A stretch of 64,000 nt of DNA from Lama guanicoe (GCA_013239625.1 MU054323.1:2046001-2110000), one strand, 5' to 3'. Positions 14,401 to 26,320 are shown, counted from the stretch's first letter. A program made the numbers and translations. The notes: generated from the sequence alone by a model not told the origin.

Positions 14401-14879
14401 GAGCCCCACAGAGAACCTCAGCAGGCAGCCCTCCCTCCCCGGGGCCCCTGAGAAAGAAGGGAAGGACAGGCCAGGTTGCAGACCTGTGTGCCCCTGCTGC
14501 TTCATGGATTCACTGGGCATGCAGGCTGGGGAGGCTCAGGGTCCACGGACAGAGGCTCGTTGGACCACAAGGGAACTGTGAGCAGCAGCAAAGGAATCCA
14601 AGGCCTTGGCAGTGATGGGAAGACCAAGAGGTGCTGCCTCCCAGTGCAGGGCTCTGTCCACTTTGCCCGAAACCTCTGACCTCCCCAGGGGAGGTGAGAA
14701 CAAAGGCGGAAGCAGGTGCCCTTACCTGGGGCAGAATCTGGGGACAAGATCAGTTTCCGTTGTTAATCAGTGGTCTTGCTTACTGGCAGTGGGGGCACAT
14801 TTTGTCCAGCTTTACTCAAATTGCCGTTAAAAACATGCGGAATGCCTTAAATTTTCTTTAAGCCGCCAGGTAGAAGCGA

Positions 14880-15062
14880 TGCTGCACACAGCCCCCTGCC
14901 CGAACCGGGGCGGAGCCTGGCAGCTCTCCCCTCCCCTGAGGCTGTCTTGAAGCAGCCAACCAGGCAACAGGGAAGCTCTGAGGGGTGGGCGTGACTGGGA
15001 ATGGTTTCCAGGGCCCCTCGAGCAACCCCACATGCGAACCCTGTGTTCTGCTGCTTGTAAGT
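14880..15062. promoter_or_regulatory. GC-box/KLF-containing candidate promoter or enhancer
   Basis: GGGGCGGAGC at 14907-14916, GGGGTGGGCGTG at 14982-14993, GGAATG nearby, local CpG cluster; GTAAGT donor-like site at 15057. Confidence 0.3.
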
Positions 15063-15716
15063 GTGCCCCAGTTTCCCTGAATCTCCGACTTGGGATAAGG
15101 AATTGAGTTCAACATACCATAAATCCTGCAAACATCATAACCCAGAATGGAGACTCTCAGAAACAATGAGTTAGTTCTTTCGGCATCAACTCCCAAATTG
15201 CCAATTTTCTCATTAAAACCAGAGAATGGACAATTTTAAAGAGATGATTTCCCTTAAAGATAGTAATCTGCAATTTGATATTACAATACCGTTTCTTGAA
15301 GTCAGTGGTTAGTTAGAACGGCTGCTCAGAGAAGTTACTCCTTTCCTTCAGTGGGTTGTGATCAGGAAATCACTGGCCAGAATGTCATTATTTTAAGATG
15401 TACATTCTGTGTACAAGTATCGCCTAGAAGTGCATTGTAGGTGTTAGTGCTTAACTGCTTCACTGTGACCATGTTGAAGAGGGGTGATTAAGTGGAGTTA
15501 GATTTAACTGTGTTACAGAAACACGTGGAAATTGATCAGAAGTCAGGCTGAGACACACATAGCAAAATGCATATTGCATTTTAGGTCAAGTATTGATGTG
15601 GTCACTCTGCTGTATGAAATCTGGAAAGAAATGGATATGAGCATTAGGGTCACATTGAGTGTCTGCTTCCTGCTAATCTACTCCAAGGGAAACTTCCTGC
15701 TTTTCTTTCGATTAAG

Positions 15717-15743
15717 CAAGGTATCTCAACCTTGGCACTGCTT
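15717..15743. mobile_element. MER20 (hAT-Charlie) left terminal piece, split by nested L1s
   Basis: 'caaggtatctcaaccttggcact' is a MER20 terminus; the element continues at 21381. Confidence 0.75.
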
Positions 15744-16232
15744 TTTTTTTCTTCATTAATTAAAGTTTTAATTCATCTTCCTGATGGACATCAAAAGACA
15801 TAAAGTGCTGCATTAGAATTAAAATTATATAATACAACTAACATGAAGTTGGTGGCTTTATTTTAAACATGTAATAGCATTTAATATATTTTTTTCTTGC
15901 TTTTATCCATACATTCTTTTTTTTACATTTTTTATTGATTCATAATCATTTTACAGTGTTGTGTCAAATTCCATTGTTCAGCACAATTTTTCAGTCATTC
16001 ATGGACATATACACACTCATTGTCACATTTTTTTCTCTGTGATTTATCATAACATTTTGTGTATATTTCCCTGTGCTATACAGTGTAATCTTGTTTATCT
16101 ATTCTACAATTTTGAAATCCCAGTCTATCCCTTCCCACCCTCTACCCCACTGGTAACCACAAGTCTGTATTCTCTGTCCATGAGTCTATTTCTGTCCTGT
16201 ATTTATGCTTTGTTTTTGTTTGTTTTTGTTTT

Positions 16233-19200
16233 TTAGATTCCACATATGAGCGATCTCATATGGTATTTTTCTTTCTCTTTCTGGCTTACTTCACTTAGAA
16301 TGACATTCTCTAGGAGCATCCATGTTGCTGCAAATGGCATTATGTTGTCGGTTTTTATGGCTGAGTAGTATTCCATTGTATAAATATACCACCTCTTCTT
16401 TATCCAGTCACCTGTTGATGGACATTTAGGCTGTTTCCATGTTTTGGCTATTGTAAATAGTGCTGCTATGAACATTGGGGTGCAGGTGTCATCCTGAAGT
16501 AGATTTCCTTCTGGGTACAAGCCCAGGAGTGGGATTCCTGGGTCATATGGTAAGTCTATTCCTAGTCTTTTGAGGAATCTCCACACTGTTTTCCATAGTG
16601 GCTGCACCAAACTGCATTCCCACCAGCAGTGTAGGAGGGTTCCCCTTTCTCCACAGCCTCTCCAGCATTTGTCATTTTTGGATTTTTGAATGACGGCCAT
16701 TCTGACTGGTGTGAGGTGATACCTCATTGTAGTTTTGATTTGCATTTCTCTGATAATTAGTGATATTGAACATTTTTTCATGTGCTTTTTGATCATTTGT
16801 ATGTCTTCCTTGGAGAATTGCTTGTTTAGGTCTTCTGCCCATTTTTGGATTGGGTTGTTTATTTTTTTCTTATTGAGTCGTATGAGCTGCTTATATATTT
16901 TGGAGATCAAGCCTTTGTCGGTTTCACTTGCAAAAATTTTCTCCCATTCCGTAGGTTTTCTTCTTGTTTTATTTCTGGTTTCCTTTGCTCTGCAGAAGCT
17001 TGTAAGTTTCATTAGGTCCCATTTGTTTATTCTTGCTTTTATTTCTTCTAGGAGAAAATTTTTGAAATGTATGTCAGATAATGTTTTGCCTATGTTTTCC
17101 TCTAGGAGGTTTATTGTATCTTGTCTTATGTTTAAGTCTTTAATCCATTTTGAGTTGATTTTTGTATATGGTGTAAGGGTGTGTTCTAGCTTCATTGTTT
17201 TACATGCTGCTGTCCAGTTTTCCCAACACCATTTGCTGAAGAGACTGTCTTTATTCCATTGTATATTCTTGCCTCCTTTGTCGAAGATGAGTTGACCAAA
17301 AGTTTGTGGGTTCATTTCTGGGCTCTCTATTCTGTTCCATTGGTCTATATGTCTGTTTTGGTACCAATACCATGCTGTCTTGATGACTGTAGCTCTATAG
17401 TATTGTCTGAAGTCTGGGAGAGTTATTCCTCCAGCCTCTTTCTTTCTCTTCAGTAATGCTTTAGCAATTCTAGGTCTTTGATGGTTCCATATAAATTTTA
17501 TTATGATTTGTTCTAGTTCTGTGAAATATGTCCTGGGTAATTGGATAGGGATTGCATTAAATCTGTAGATTGCCTTGGGCAGTGTGACCATTTTAACAAT
17601 ATTGATTCTTCCAATCCAAGAGCATGGAATATCTTTCCATTTTTTAAAGTCTTCTTTAATTTCCTTCATCAATGGTTTATAGTTTTCTGTGTATAATTCT
17701 TTCACCTCCTTGGTTAGATTTATTCCCAGATATTTTATTACTTTGGGTGCTATTTTAAAGGGGATTGTTTCTTTACTTTCTTTTTCTGTTGATTTATCGT
17801 TAGTGTAAAGAAAGGCAACTGATTTTTGAACATTAATTTTGTAACCTGCTACCTTGCTGAATTCTTCGATCAGCTCTAGTAGCTTTTTTGTGGACCTTTT
17901 AGGGTTTTCTATATATAGTAACATGTCGTCAGCATATAATGACACTTTTACCTCTTCTTTTCCAATTTGGATCCCTTTTATTTCTTTCTCTTGCCTGATT
18001 GCTGTGGCTAGGACTTCCAGGACTATATTGAATAGGAGTGGTGATAGTGGGCATCCTTGTCTTGTCCCAGATTTTAGTGGGAAGCTTTTGAGTTTTTCAC
18101 CGTTGAGAACTATGCTGGCTATAGGTTTGTCATATATAGCTTTTATTATGTTGAGATATGTTCCCTCTATACCCACTTTGGCGAGAGTTTTTATCATAAA
18201 TGGGTGTTGAATTTTATCAAATGCTTTTTCTGCATCGATTGAGATGATCATGTGGTTTTTGTCCTTTCTCTTGTTGATGTGATGTATTACATTGATTGAT
18301 TTGCGTATGTTGAACCAGCCTTGTGTCCCTGGGATGAACCCCACTTGGTCATGATGTATAATCTTTTTTATGTGTTGTTGGATTCTATTTGCTAAAATTT
18401 TGGTGAGGATTTTGGCGTCTATGTTCATCAGTGATATTGGCCTATAATTCTCTTTTTTTGTAGTGTCTTTGCCTGGTTTTGGTATCAGGGTGATGGTGGC
18501 TTCATAGAATGAGTTTGGGAGTATTCCCTCCTTTTCAATCGTCTGGAAGAGTTTGAGAAGGACTGGTATGAGTTCTTCTTTGTATGTTTGGTAGAATTCC
18601 CCGGTGAAGCCATCCGGTCCTGGACTTTTATTTGTAGGGAGGTTTTTAATTGCTATTTCTATTTCCTTTCTAGTGATCGGATTGTTCAAGTGTTCAGTTT
18701 CTTCTTGATTCAGTTTTGGTGGACAGTATGTTTCCAGAAACTTGTCCATCTCCTCTAGGTTATCCAGTTTGGTTCCATATAGTTTTTCATAATATTCTCG
18801 TATGATATTCTGTATTTCTATTTTGTTTGTTGTAATTTCTCCATTTTCCTTTCTTATTTTGCTAATTTGTGCTCTCTCTTTTTTCTTCTTTGTGAGTTTG
18901 GCCAGAGGTTTGTCGATTTTATTTACTTTTTCAAAAAACCAGCTTTTGGTTTGGTTGATTTTTTCTATGGTCTTGTTAATCTCTATTGTATTTAATTCCT
19001 CTCTGATCTTTATTATTTCCTTCCTTCTGCTGCTTTTTGGGGCTTTTTGTTCTTCTTTTTCTAATTGATTCAGGTGGTGGGTTAACTTGTTTATTTGAGA
19101 TTGTTCTTCTTTTTTGAGGAAGGCCTGTATCGCTATAAACTTCCCTCTTAGCACTGCCTTTGCTGTGTCCCATAGGTTTTGAGTGGTTGTGCTTTCATTA

Positions 19201-20030
19201 TCATTTGTCTCAAGGTATTTTTTAATTTCAGCTTTGATTTCCTCATTGATCCATTGTTTTTTCAATAACATATTGTTTAATCTCCATGCTTTTCTTTTTT
19301 TCTCCTTTGTTTCTCTGTTGTTGATTTCCAGTTTCATGGCATTGTGGTCAGTAAAGATGCTTGAGATAATTTCTATCTTCTTAAATTTGTTGAGGTTTCT
19401 TTTGTGTCCAAGTACATGATCGATCCTGGAAAATGTTCCATGTGCACTTGAAAAGAATGTATATTCTATTTTTTGGGGGTGTAAAGCTCTGAAAATATCC
19501 ACCAAATCTAGTTTTTCTATTGTAGTATTTAATTTCTCTGTTGCCTTGTTTATTTTCTGTCTGGAAGATCTGTCTAGTGATGTTAATGCAGTGTTAAAAT
19601 CTCCAACTATGATTGTATTCCCATCAATATCCCCCTTTATCTCTGTTAGTAATTCTTGTATGTACTTAGGTGCTCCTATATTGGGTGCATATATATTAAC
19701 GAGTGTAATATCTTCATCTTGTATCACTCCTTTAATCATTATAAAATGTCCTTCTTTATCTTTCTTTATGGCCTTTGTTTTAAAGTCTATTTTGTCTGAA
19801 ATCAGTACTGCAACACCTGCTTTTTTGGCTTTTCCATTTGCATGGAATATCCTTTTCCATCCTTTCACTCTCAATCTATATGTGTCCTTCTCCCTAAAGT
19901 GGGTCTCTTGTATGCAGCATATTGAAGGTTCTTGCTTTATTATCCAGTCTGCCACTCTATGTCTTTTGACTGGAGCATTTAGTCCATTAACATTTACAGT
20001 AATTAATGATAGATGTGTGTTTATTGCCAT
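16233..20030 (-). CDS. LINE-1 ORF2p (APE endonuclease, reverse transcriptase, C-terminal Cys-rich domain), full length and uninterrupted
   Basis: 1265-aa ORF: EN motifs NVNGLN, IQETH, YAPN, GDFN, SRIDH, TDH; PIP-box-like [16 protein letters not shown] motifs [32 protein letters not shown]. Confidence 0.97.
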   Translation of the reverse strand: MAINTHLSLITVNVNGLNAPVKRHRVADWIIKQEPSICCIQETHFREKDTYRLRVKGWKRIFHANGKAKKAGVAVLISDKIDFKTKAIKKDKEGHFIMIKGVIQDEDITLVNIYAPNIGAPKYIQELLTEIKGDIDGNTIIVGDFNTALTSLDRSSRQKINKATEKLNTTIEKLDLVDIFRALHPQKIEYTFFSSAHGTFSRIDHVLGHKRNLNKFKKIEIISSIFTDHNAMKLEINNRETKEKKRKAWRLNNMLLKKQWINEEIKAEIKKYLETNDNESTTTQNLWDTAKAVLRGKFIAIQAFLKKEEQSQINKLTHHLNQLEKEEQKAPKSSRRKEIIKIREELNTIEINKTIEKINQTKSWFFEKVNKIDKPLAKLTKKKKERAQISKIRKENGEITTNKIEIQNIIREYYEKLYGTKLDNLEEMDKFLETYCPPKLNQEETEHLNNPITRKEIEIAIKNLPTNKSPGPDGFTGEFYQTYKEELIPVLLKLFQTIEKEGILPNSFYEATITLIPKPGKDTTKKENYRPISLMNIDAKILTKILANRIQQHIKKIIHHDQVGFIPGTQGWFNIRKSINVIHHINKRKDKNHMIISIDAEKAFDKIQHPFMIKTLAKVGIEGTYLNIIKAIYDKPIASIVLNGEKLKSFPLKSGTRQGCPLSPLLFNIVLEVLATAIRQEKEIKGIQIGKEEVKVSLYADDMLLYIENPKRSTKKLLELIEEFSKVAGYKINVQKSVAFLYTNDKSTEKESKETIPFKIAPKVIKYLGINLTKEVKELYTENYKPLMKEIKEDFKKWKDIPCSWIGRINIVKMVTLPKAIYRFNAIPIQLPRTYFTELEQIIIKFIWNHQRPRIAKALLKRKKEAGGITLPDFRQYYRATVIKTAWYWYQNRHIDQWNRIESPEMNPQTFGQLIFDKGGKNIQWNKDSLFSKWCWENWTAACKTMKLEHTLTPYTKINSKWIKDLNIRQDTINLLEENIGKTLSDIHFKNFLLEEIKARINKWDLMKLTSFCRAKETRNKTRRKPTEWEKIFASETDKGLISKIYKQLIRLNKKKINNPIQKWAEDLNKQFSKEDIQMIKKHMKKCSISLIIREMQIKTTMRYHLTPVRMAVIQKSKNDKCWRGCGERGTLLHCWWECSLVQPLWKTVWRFLKRLGIDLPYDPGIPLLGLYPEGNLLQDDTCTPMFIAALFTIAKTWKQPKCPSTGDWIKKRWYIYTMEYYSAIKTDNIMPFAATWMLLENVILSEVSQKEKEKYHMRSLICGI

Positions 20031-20428
20031 TTTGAACTTATCTTTGCAGTTGAATTGGTATATCCTCTTTGTTCCTTTCTTCTTCCTTTTGTGGTTTGGT
20101 AATTTTCCTTTGTATTATCATGGATTTTATTTAATTTTTGTGACTCCCTTGTAAATTTTTGACTTGTGGTTACCCTTTTTTGTAAATCTATTAACCTATA
20201 CCCGTTTTTAATAAACTGATAATAACATGATCTCAAACCCATCCTACTGTTAAAAAAATTTTAAAAAAGAAAGAAAAAAAATTCTATATTTCCCTGTCTC
20301 CCTCTCCCACTCTCAGTGATTTGTATGTCTTCTTTTATAATTTCGTGTTTTCTTTATTTGTAATTCATGAGTTATCACCTTTCCAGTTGTACGTTTCTCA
20401 TTTGTGTAGCATCCTGCTGCTTTTCTAT

Positions 20429-20761
20429 TTAGAATAGCCCTTTCAATATTTCTTTTAGCATGGGTTTAGTGTTGCTAAACTCCTGCAGCTTTTTTTTGTC
20501 TGTGAAAGTCTTTATTTCTCCTTCTATCCTAAAGGATAGCCTTGCTGGATAAAGTATCCTAGGCTGCAGCTTTTTTTCATTCAGGGCTTTGAATATATCT
20601 TGCCACTCCCTTCTGGCCTGTAGTGTTTGTGTAGAGAAATCAGCTGAGAGCCTTATGGGGGTTCCTTTGTAGTTCACCCTTTGCTTTTCTCTTTCTGCCT
20701 TTAGAATCATTTCTTTATCCTTGACTCTGGCCATCTTGATTATGATATGTCTTGGTGTGGG
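20429..20761 (-). pseudogene. LINE-1 ORF1p, C-terminal portion only (5' truncated)
   Basis: Open frame PTPRHIIIKMARVKDKE...YKGTPIRLSADFS...ARREW...LQPRILYPARLSF...LKEILKG matches the ORF1 RRM/CTD; cut at the TSD. Confidence 0.93.
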
Positions 20762-20775
20762 TTAATATATTTTTT

Positions 20776-21231
20776 AATTGAAGTATACTTGATTTACACT
20801 GCTGTGTTAGTTTCAGATATACAGCAAAGTGATTCAGTTATATATCTATATTTTTCAGCTTCTTTTCCATTATAGGTTATTACAAGATACTGAATATCAT
20901 TCCCTGTACTATATAGTAGGTCTTTGTTGTTTATTTTGTATATAGTAGTATGTATCTTTTAATCTCAAACTCCTAATTTATTGCTTTCCACCCTTTCCCC
21001 TTTGACAGCCATAGTTTGTTTTCTGTGTCTGTGAGTCTATTTCTGGTTTGTAAGTAAGTTCATTTGTTTTGTTTTAGATTCCACATATATAAGTGATATC
21101 ATATATTATTTCTCTTTTTCTGTCTTACTTCACTTAGTATGATGATCTCCAGGTCCATCCATGTTACTGCAAATAGCATTATTTCACACCTTTTTATGGC
21201 TGAGTAATATTCCCTTATATATATATATATA

Positions 21232-21278
<47 letters not shown>

Positions 21279-21380
21279 TTCACATCTTCTTTATCCAGTC
21301 ATCTGTTAATGGACGTTTAGGTTGCCTCCACGTCTTGGTTATTGTAAACAGTGTTGCTGTGAACATCAGGATCTGTGTAT
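20776..21380 (-). mobile_element. Older 5'-truncated L1 3' end (end of ORF2 plus 3'UTR); its tail and transduced segment lie at 15742-15894
   Basis: 'aattgaagtatacttgatttac...ttagattccacata...tccatccatgttactgcaaat...gtgttgctgtgaacat'; TSD ccttggcact(g)ctt at 15730-15743 and 21381-21393; (TA)n at 21216-21273. Confidence 0.9.
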
Positions 21381-21589
21381 CCTTGGCACTCTTGATATTT
21401 GGAGCTGGATAATTCTTTGCTGTGCAGACTGTCCATTGTCAGATGTACGGCAGTATCCTGACCCCTACCCACTAGATGACAGTAGCACACTTCAGTTGTG
21501 CCAACTAAAAATGTCTTCAGAACTTTCTTGCCAAATATCCCCTGGGGGTTAAGGGGTAGAAAAAGTTCACCCCTGGTTGAGAAATGTTG
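21381..21589. mobile_element. MER20, main piece
   Basis: 'ggataattctttgctgtg...ctacccactagatgacagtagc...cagttgtgccaactaaaaatgtc...gccaaatatcccctggggg...ggttgagaa'. Confidence 0.88.
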
Positions 21590-24546
21590 TGGGAAGAGAC
21601 CAGAATATGTTTCACTGGAGGTCCCTCTGGAGGCAGGAGATGAACCCAGTGACCTCCTCCCACCTGTGTTCCAGCTCTAACATCTCAAAGTTAATCTAAA
21701 GTAAATGAATTTCATTGTTCATTCATTTTAGTTCCAAGCTGATTTCCAACTGAAAAATATTTGCAATTTACAGTGAGTAACAAACAATTTTTAAACTTTC
21801 TCATAACTTATGAGAACAAGAAAATGTCCTAAATTTCATTCCTACAAGATGACTATTTGGCTTTAATAAGATAATGTTTAACAATCTGCCTAAAAGTGTG
21901 TTGTTAAGCAATAGATACCAGTATCCGATTACCTTTGATGTGACTATAATATAACTGTTTTACCCATTTTCCCTGGATACATTCACCCTGATACTCAACT
22001 TTCCCATCTCTTCCAGCTCTATCTGGGTCCCACTAAACCTAAAAAGTTATGTTCAGATGAAAACCATTCTCTCAACAGAGATGCTAGGTCTTTGCTGACC
22101 AGGGCCTTAGTCATGATTCTGTACTGCTTCCCAGTCAGCTCCCAAAAGAGGAGGCTGATAATTAGCTTCAGATTTAGACAGACCTGATTTCTAATGACGC
22201 CTCCGTCATTCTCAAGTCGTGTGCCCCTCAGCAAGACACTGAACCTTCCAGTGTCTGGTCTGTGTGAGGGGTGGTGCTTAGTGGGCTAAGGCCAAGGCCT
22301 TCCCTGTGTGAGAATGTTCGGAAGGTTATTCAGTTTTAGTGTCCCTGACCGCCTGGCTTGGTGTCTGTCTAGATTCTAAAGGAGCACCTGGAGAGGCTTC
22401 TAAATGTGGGACGTTATGAAGATAACACAGCATTGAGAAGAACTGAGCCCCCACAGTAAGTGAGGCTGGATGTTAACTCATAAACTTGAACTTAGGTACT
22501 AACGTACATCACACTCAGACTTAACTCCGGAAATTCTGATGGGAGCTTTGCGATTCTGCTTCACGTAACTCTTCTGGAAACCCCTAGCCAGAGGGCTGGA
22601 AGAACAAGAACTTGTCTGTTTTGGATCCTCCATATTGATCCTAGGTTCTGCTCTCTGTCTTTGATGTGACTTTATTCTTTTCTTTTTACTGCTTGAAAAA
22701 AATCTTAAAGTTTTACTCATGGCGTGAAACCCATTTTTTCCCCTAAGAACTGTCTTTATTGATTGATAGCCATAGAGATTTGCTTCCTTCAAACAGCTGT
22801 ACACAAGACCACTGTTCCCTTTTCTGGATTAACCTCAGAATGGCCTCTTTTGATTTACTAGTTCTCCAATTTTCTCTCAAATCTGACAACTTTGCTCTAC
22901 AGCTGGGTTTCTCTCTCTTTCTCTTTCCCTCCCTTTCTATCCCATTTTTCTGTCTCTTTTTAATTTGGTAAACAATTTTAAGATACAGAAAACATATAAA
23001 AGTCATCCATGAACTCAGGACTCAAAATCAATCTGTGTAAATCTTATATCGTATTTGCTTTTTTTTTAATAAAAGAAAAAATATCACTGAGTAACACGCA
23101 AACTTAAATATATATCTTTCTAACAAACTGGAAAATTAATATATTATAGTAGAGAAAGGAAAATAATTTCCCTCTCAAATTCCTTCTCTCGTCCTCTCTT
23201 CTGATTGTCTTGTAATTACATCATACTCTGACGTTAACTGCCCCAAATACTACTGATATTTGTGGTTGATGAGATTTCGACATGTTGCCATATTTTTATG
23301 ATCATCTTGTCATCTTTTCTTGTATTACTTCTTGTTCGATCCCTGTCTTGCCTTCTGAGTTTATTTTTCTTCTTGCTTTAAGTTCGTGGTTTAGTATTTC
23401 TTTCAGAGACAATCTGTGAGTAGTGAACTTGGTCTTCATTTCAGCAGTTCCTCTTTAAGCATCCAATTCCTTCATGTGGGTGAGGTCAGCTCACACACTT
23501 GACCCCCAGCAGGGTCTGGGCACATTTTCCGTAGAATTCTTTTGTTAGCCCCAAATTTAAAAGAGTGCTCTCTGAAGACCAGTGACGACCAACCGTCCCT
23601 GGTCATCACTGTTTCCCTCAGTATCACCTTAAGGATTTACAGCCTGGTTGGAGTCAGACCTCTTTTGATTCCAGTAACATTTTACACAACATGCTTAAAA
23701 TGGAATAAAGTCATATTACATGACAGAAGGAGTCCTACTAAGTGGAGACGTAGCTCGACAAGATCCCCAGACCTCTCTGGTGTCCCTGACCCCGAAGGGC
23801 TGGAACAGAACATTCTGCCTCCCGGGGAGTCTCGGCCGCCCTCCTCACTGTCTCCTGTTACTGCTTTGTTTCTAGACTACTCCCTGTCCCAGGGGAGGCT
23901 GAGCATTTGGGTTAATTTGACTCTTTCTTCTGCTGTCCTTGGAAAGCCTCTTCCCTCTGCTAACGGTTTCAGGGATCAATTGTTCTTTGGCAGAGAAAGA
24001 GACTCAATGACAATGAAGAGTTTCCATTTCATCTCCCTGCAGCTGCTGACCCGAGAAGCAAGCCAGACCGAGCACCTCCTCACAGGATAGGAAGCAGCCT
24101 GAGCCCTGGGGGTTAAGTGGATTAACTCCCTCCATCACCTGAGCAAAAGAAGACAGAGACCAGGGTGCCCTCTTCCGAGCAGACCCACCTGATGGAAGCA
24201 GGCAAACTCTTCCCTCTCACGTACAGATATTATGCAGCTCCATTCTCTGTCCGGATTCAAGTTTGGAGAAGTTAACCCATTTCCTGGTGGATCAGTCTGT
24301 ACACTTCCGGGGACGAGCTGATGACGTACAGAAGAAAATATACCTTTGGGTTAAAAAGACAGTAAAGTTAAAAGAAAGAGAATACAAGCTCTTTATTGAT
24401 TTTCTTGCCAGTATGTTTCTCCTATTTAAGCAGAAATCGGAGAGTTTTGCCACATCTCTTCTTTTCTAGGTATTTTGTTGATTGTTCTTTCCTTCAAATA
24501 GTAACTTCAACACCAGCTGAATTAAAACCAAATCTGTTTTCGTAGG

Positions 24547-24646
24547 AACACGAGTATATGTATGTATATGCATGACTGGGACATTATGCTGTATGCCAGA
24601 AACTGACACAGTGTAACTGACTATACTTCAATTAAGAAAAAAAAAA
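24547..24646 (+). mobile_element. Very short L1 3' end with poly(A)
   Basis: 'gtatatgtatgtatatgcatgactgggacattatgctgtatgccagaaactgacacagtgtaactgactatacttcaattaag' followed by A10. Confidence 0.8.
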
Positions 24647-25909
24647 TCTGATTTACATACGAGGTGACCAAAAAGAGTTAAATCTGAATGTCTCCCATGT
24701 GAAGGGAGAGTCACCTCCCTTCTTGCCTGGGTCCTAAGTCCTTCCTCTGCCCGTCTTCCTCATCTCACTGTGTCTTTCCCAGAATGTTCTGGATGAAGGG
24801 AATAGGAGAGTATGCAACTCAGTGTGCTCCCAACCACGTGCTGAGATGCCTTCTTCCCCTGAGGCAAAGGTGCTTAAGACAAAACCTGAAACTGTAAAGA
24901 AAGGGAAATCCTAACATAAATATCACTTCTCAGCTATGATTCATTCTCCTTTCTTTCCTTCTTTCTCATAAACACATGCATATTCACTTAAAGCAGCCTT
25001 AGGTTCCAGAAGTGAAGACATTCTTAAGAAAGGAAAGTTTGCAAACTGAACATCCCGTGACCTCTGCCCTGATTACTGTGTAACTGCTGGCAGGTCATTG
25101 TCTTTAAACAAGAGAATGAGCATCTCAGTGATTAATGAAGGTTTTCTTGACTGGCAGGGGGCCTTACCCAGATGGTAACAGAATTTTCCACCAACGTCTT
25201 AGTTTTAGAATGAAAATAGTAGAGAAAGGAAAAAAATATGCCAGTGCTTACAGATTTGTTTCAAGCTCGTTGCTTTTGGACACGCTAAGGGTTTGTGTAA
25301 TTTTGGTGATTACCATTATTCACTTGACTGTTTTCCAATTACTAAATCAAAATTTCCTTTTGAGTTTGAATTTGACCTCTCTGATATTCACAAATGGGTC
25401 ACCCAATCGAAATCATATTTTTCAAAGTGCCGTAAGTAAGATTTTCAGAGACCACTTTGTTGAGTACCAGTCTCTCTCTGCTAAATTACAAACTACCCCC
25501 ACCCCTGGAAATACCTTCGATCTGCAATCTGTTCTCTTTTATGGCCCCCAGCATGGCAAAGTTTGCCAAAACGGCCACTACAACTTTGGTTTCTCATCTT
25601 ATTGCAAAGAAGACACCAAATTACACGGCCCGCTAAGAGGAAGAAGTGAGTTGCCTTCACAGCTTTGTGGCAATAATGAGCCCTCCTGAGAATGTGCTTA
25701 CCTCCCAGCTGATGATCAGAGGTGGCAAAGCTGGTCTTTTCCACCATCTCTCTTTCTCTTTCAGTCACTCAACGCCAATCTACCACACCCACCCTAACCC
25801 CTAGACACATTTTCCCGCTTTTCATTTTCCCAGAGAAAACACGGCTTCTTTGGAAATCAACCAGTCCTCTTTCACCTTTAAGAGAAATTTGCTTATTGTG
25901 ATGCATGCC

Positions 25910-26320
25910 ACTAGCTGTACACCCATATCTCTTTTCCCATTTTTCCCGAGCGCAGACCCTGACTGCATCTCCCAGATTCCCTTGTGTTCCCTGTGAGCAT
26001 GTGACTGAGCTCTAGCCAATGAAATCACGAGGGCTGCTTCCTCTCAGTTTTGCTCCTCCATGTCTTCTTGTCTTTAAGGCTGACTGGGGTTGGGATCCCC
26101 TCAGGGTAACTTTGCAAGCACCAACTTGACAGCTGCAGACCTGCTCTCATCCTGGAGTCCTCGAATGACCCCATGGAGCAGAGACCCCCTTCCCTCACTA
26201 TTCACAGACTTGAAACCATCCCAGGACATTAAGTGATTGAGAGATAAACTGCTGCTGTGTTGAGTGCTTCATATGTGGGCTTTGTTGTTATCTCAGCCTA
26301 GTCTACACACACAAAAATGA
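25910..26320 (+). mobile_element. Old MLT1 (I/J-like) LTR
   Basis: 'ctgcatctcccagattcccttg...catgtgactgagctctagccaatgaaat...gaatgaccccatggagcagag...gagagataaactgctgctgtgtt'. Confidence 0.65.

Larger units (their letters stand above)
15895..20761 (-). mobile_element. Young 5'-truncated LINE-1 (ORF1 C-terminal part, ~400-bp spacer, intact ORF2, 3'UTR); probably a camelid lineage-specific family
   Basis: Perfect 14-bp TSD ttaatatatttttt at 15881-15894 and 20762-20775; canonical TT/AAAA endonuclease site; minus-strand AATAAA at 15931-15936; A8 tract at 15917-15924. Confidence 0.97.

Noticed and set aside
16735..20154. Plus-strand ORFs of up to 202 aa (16735-17295, 17854-18210, 19546-20154 and others)
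   Set aside because: Antisense shadows of A-rich L1 ORF2, giving F/L/S/I-rich translations with no independent evidence of coding.
23542..24090. 182-aa ORF
   Set aside because: Non-ATG start, no recognisable domain and no exon-like boundaries; compatible with chance.
25135..25689. 184-aa ORF
   Set aside because: No recognisable protein family or supporting gene structure.
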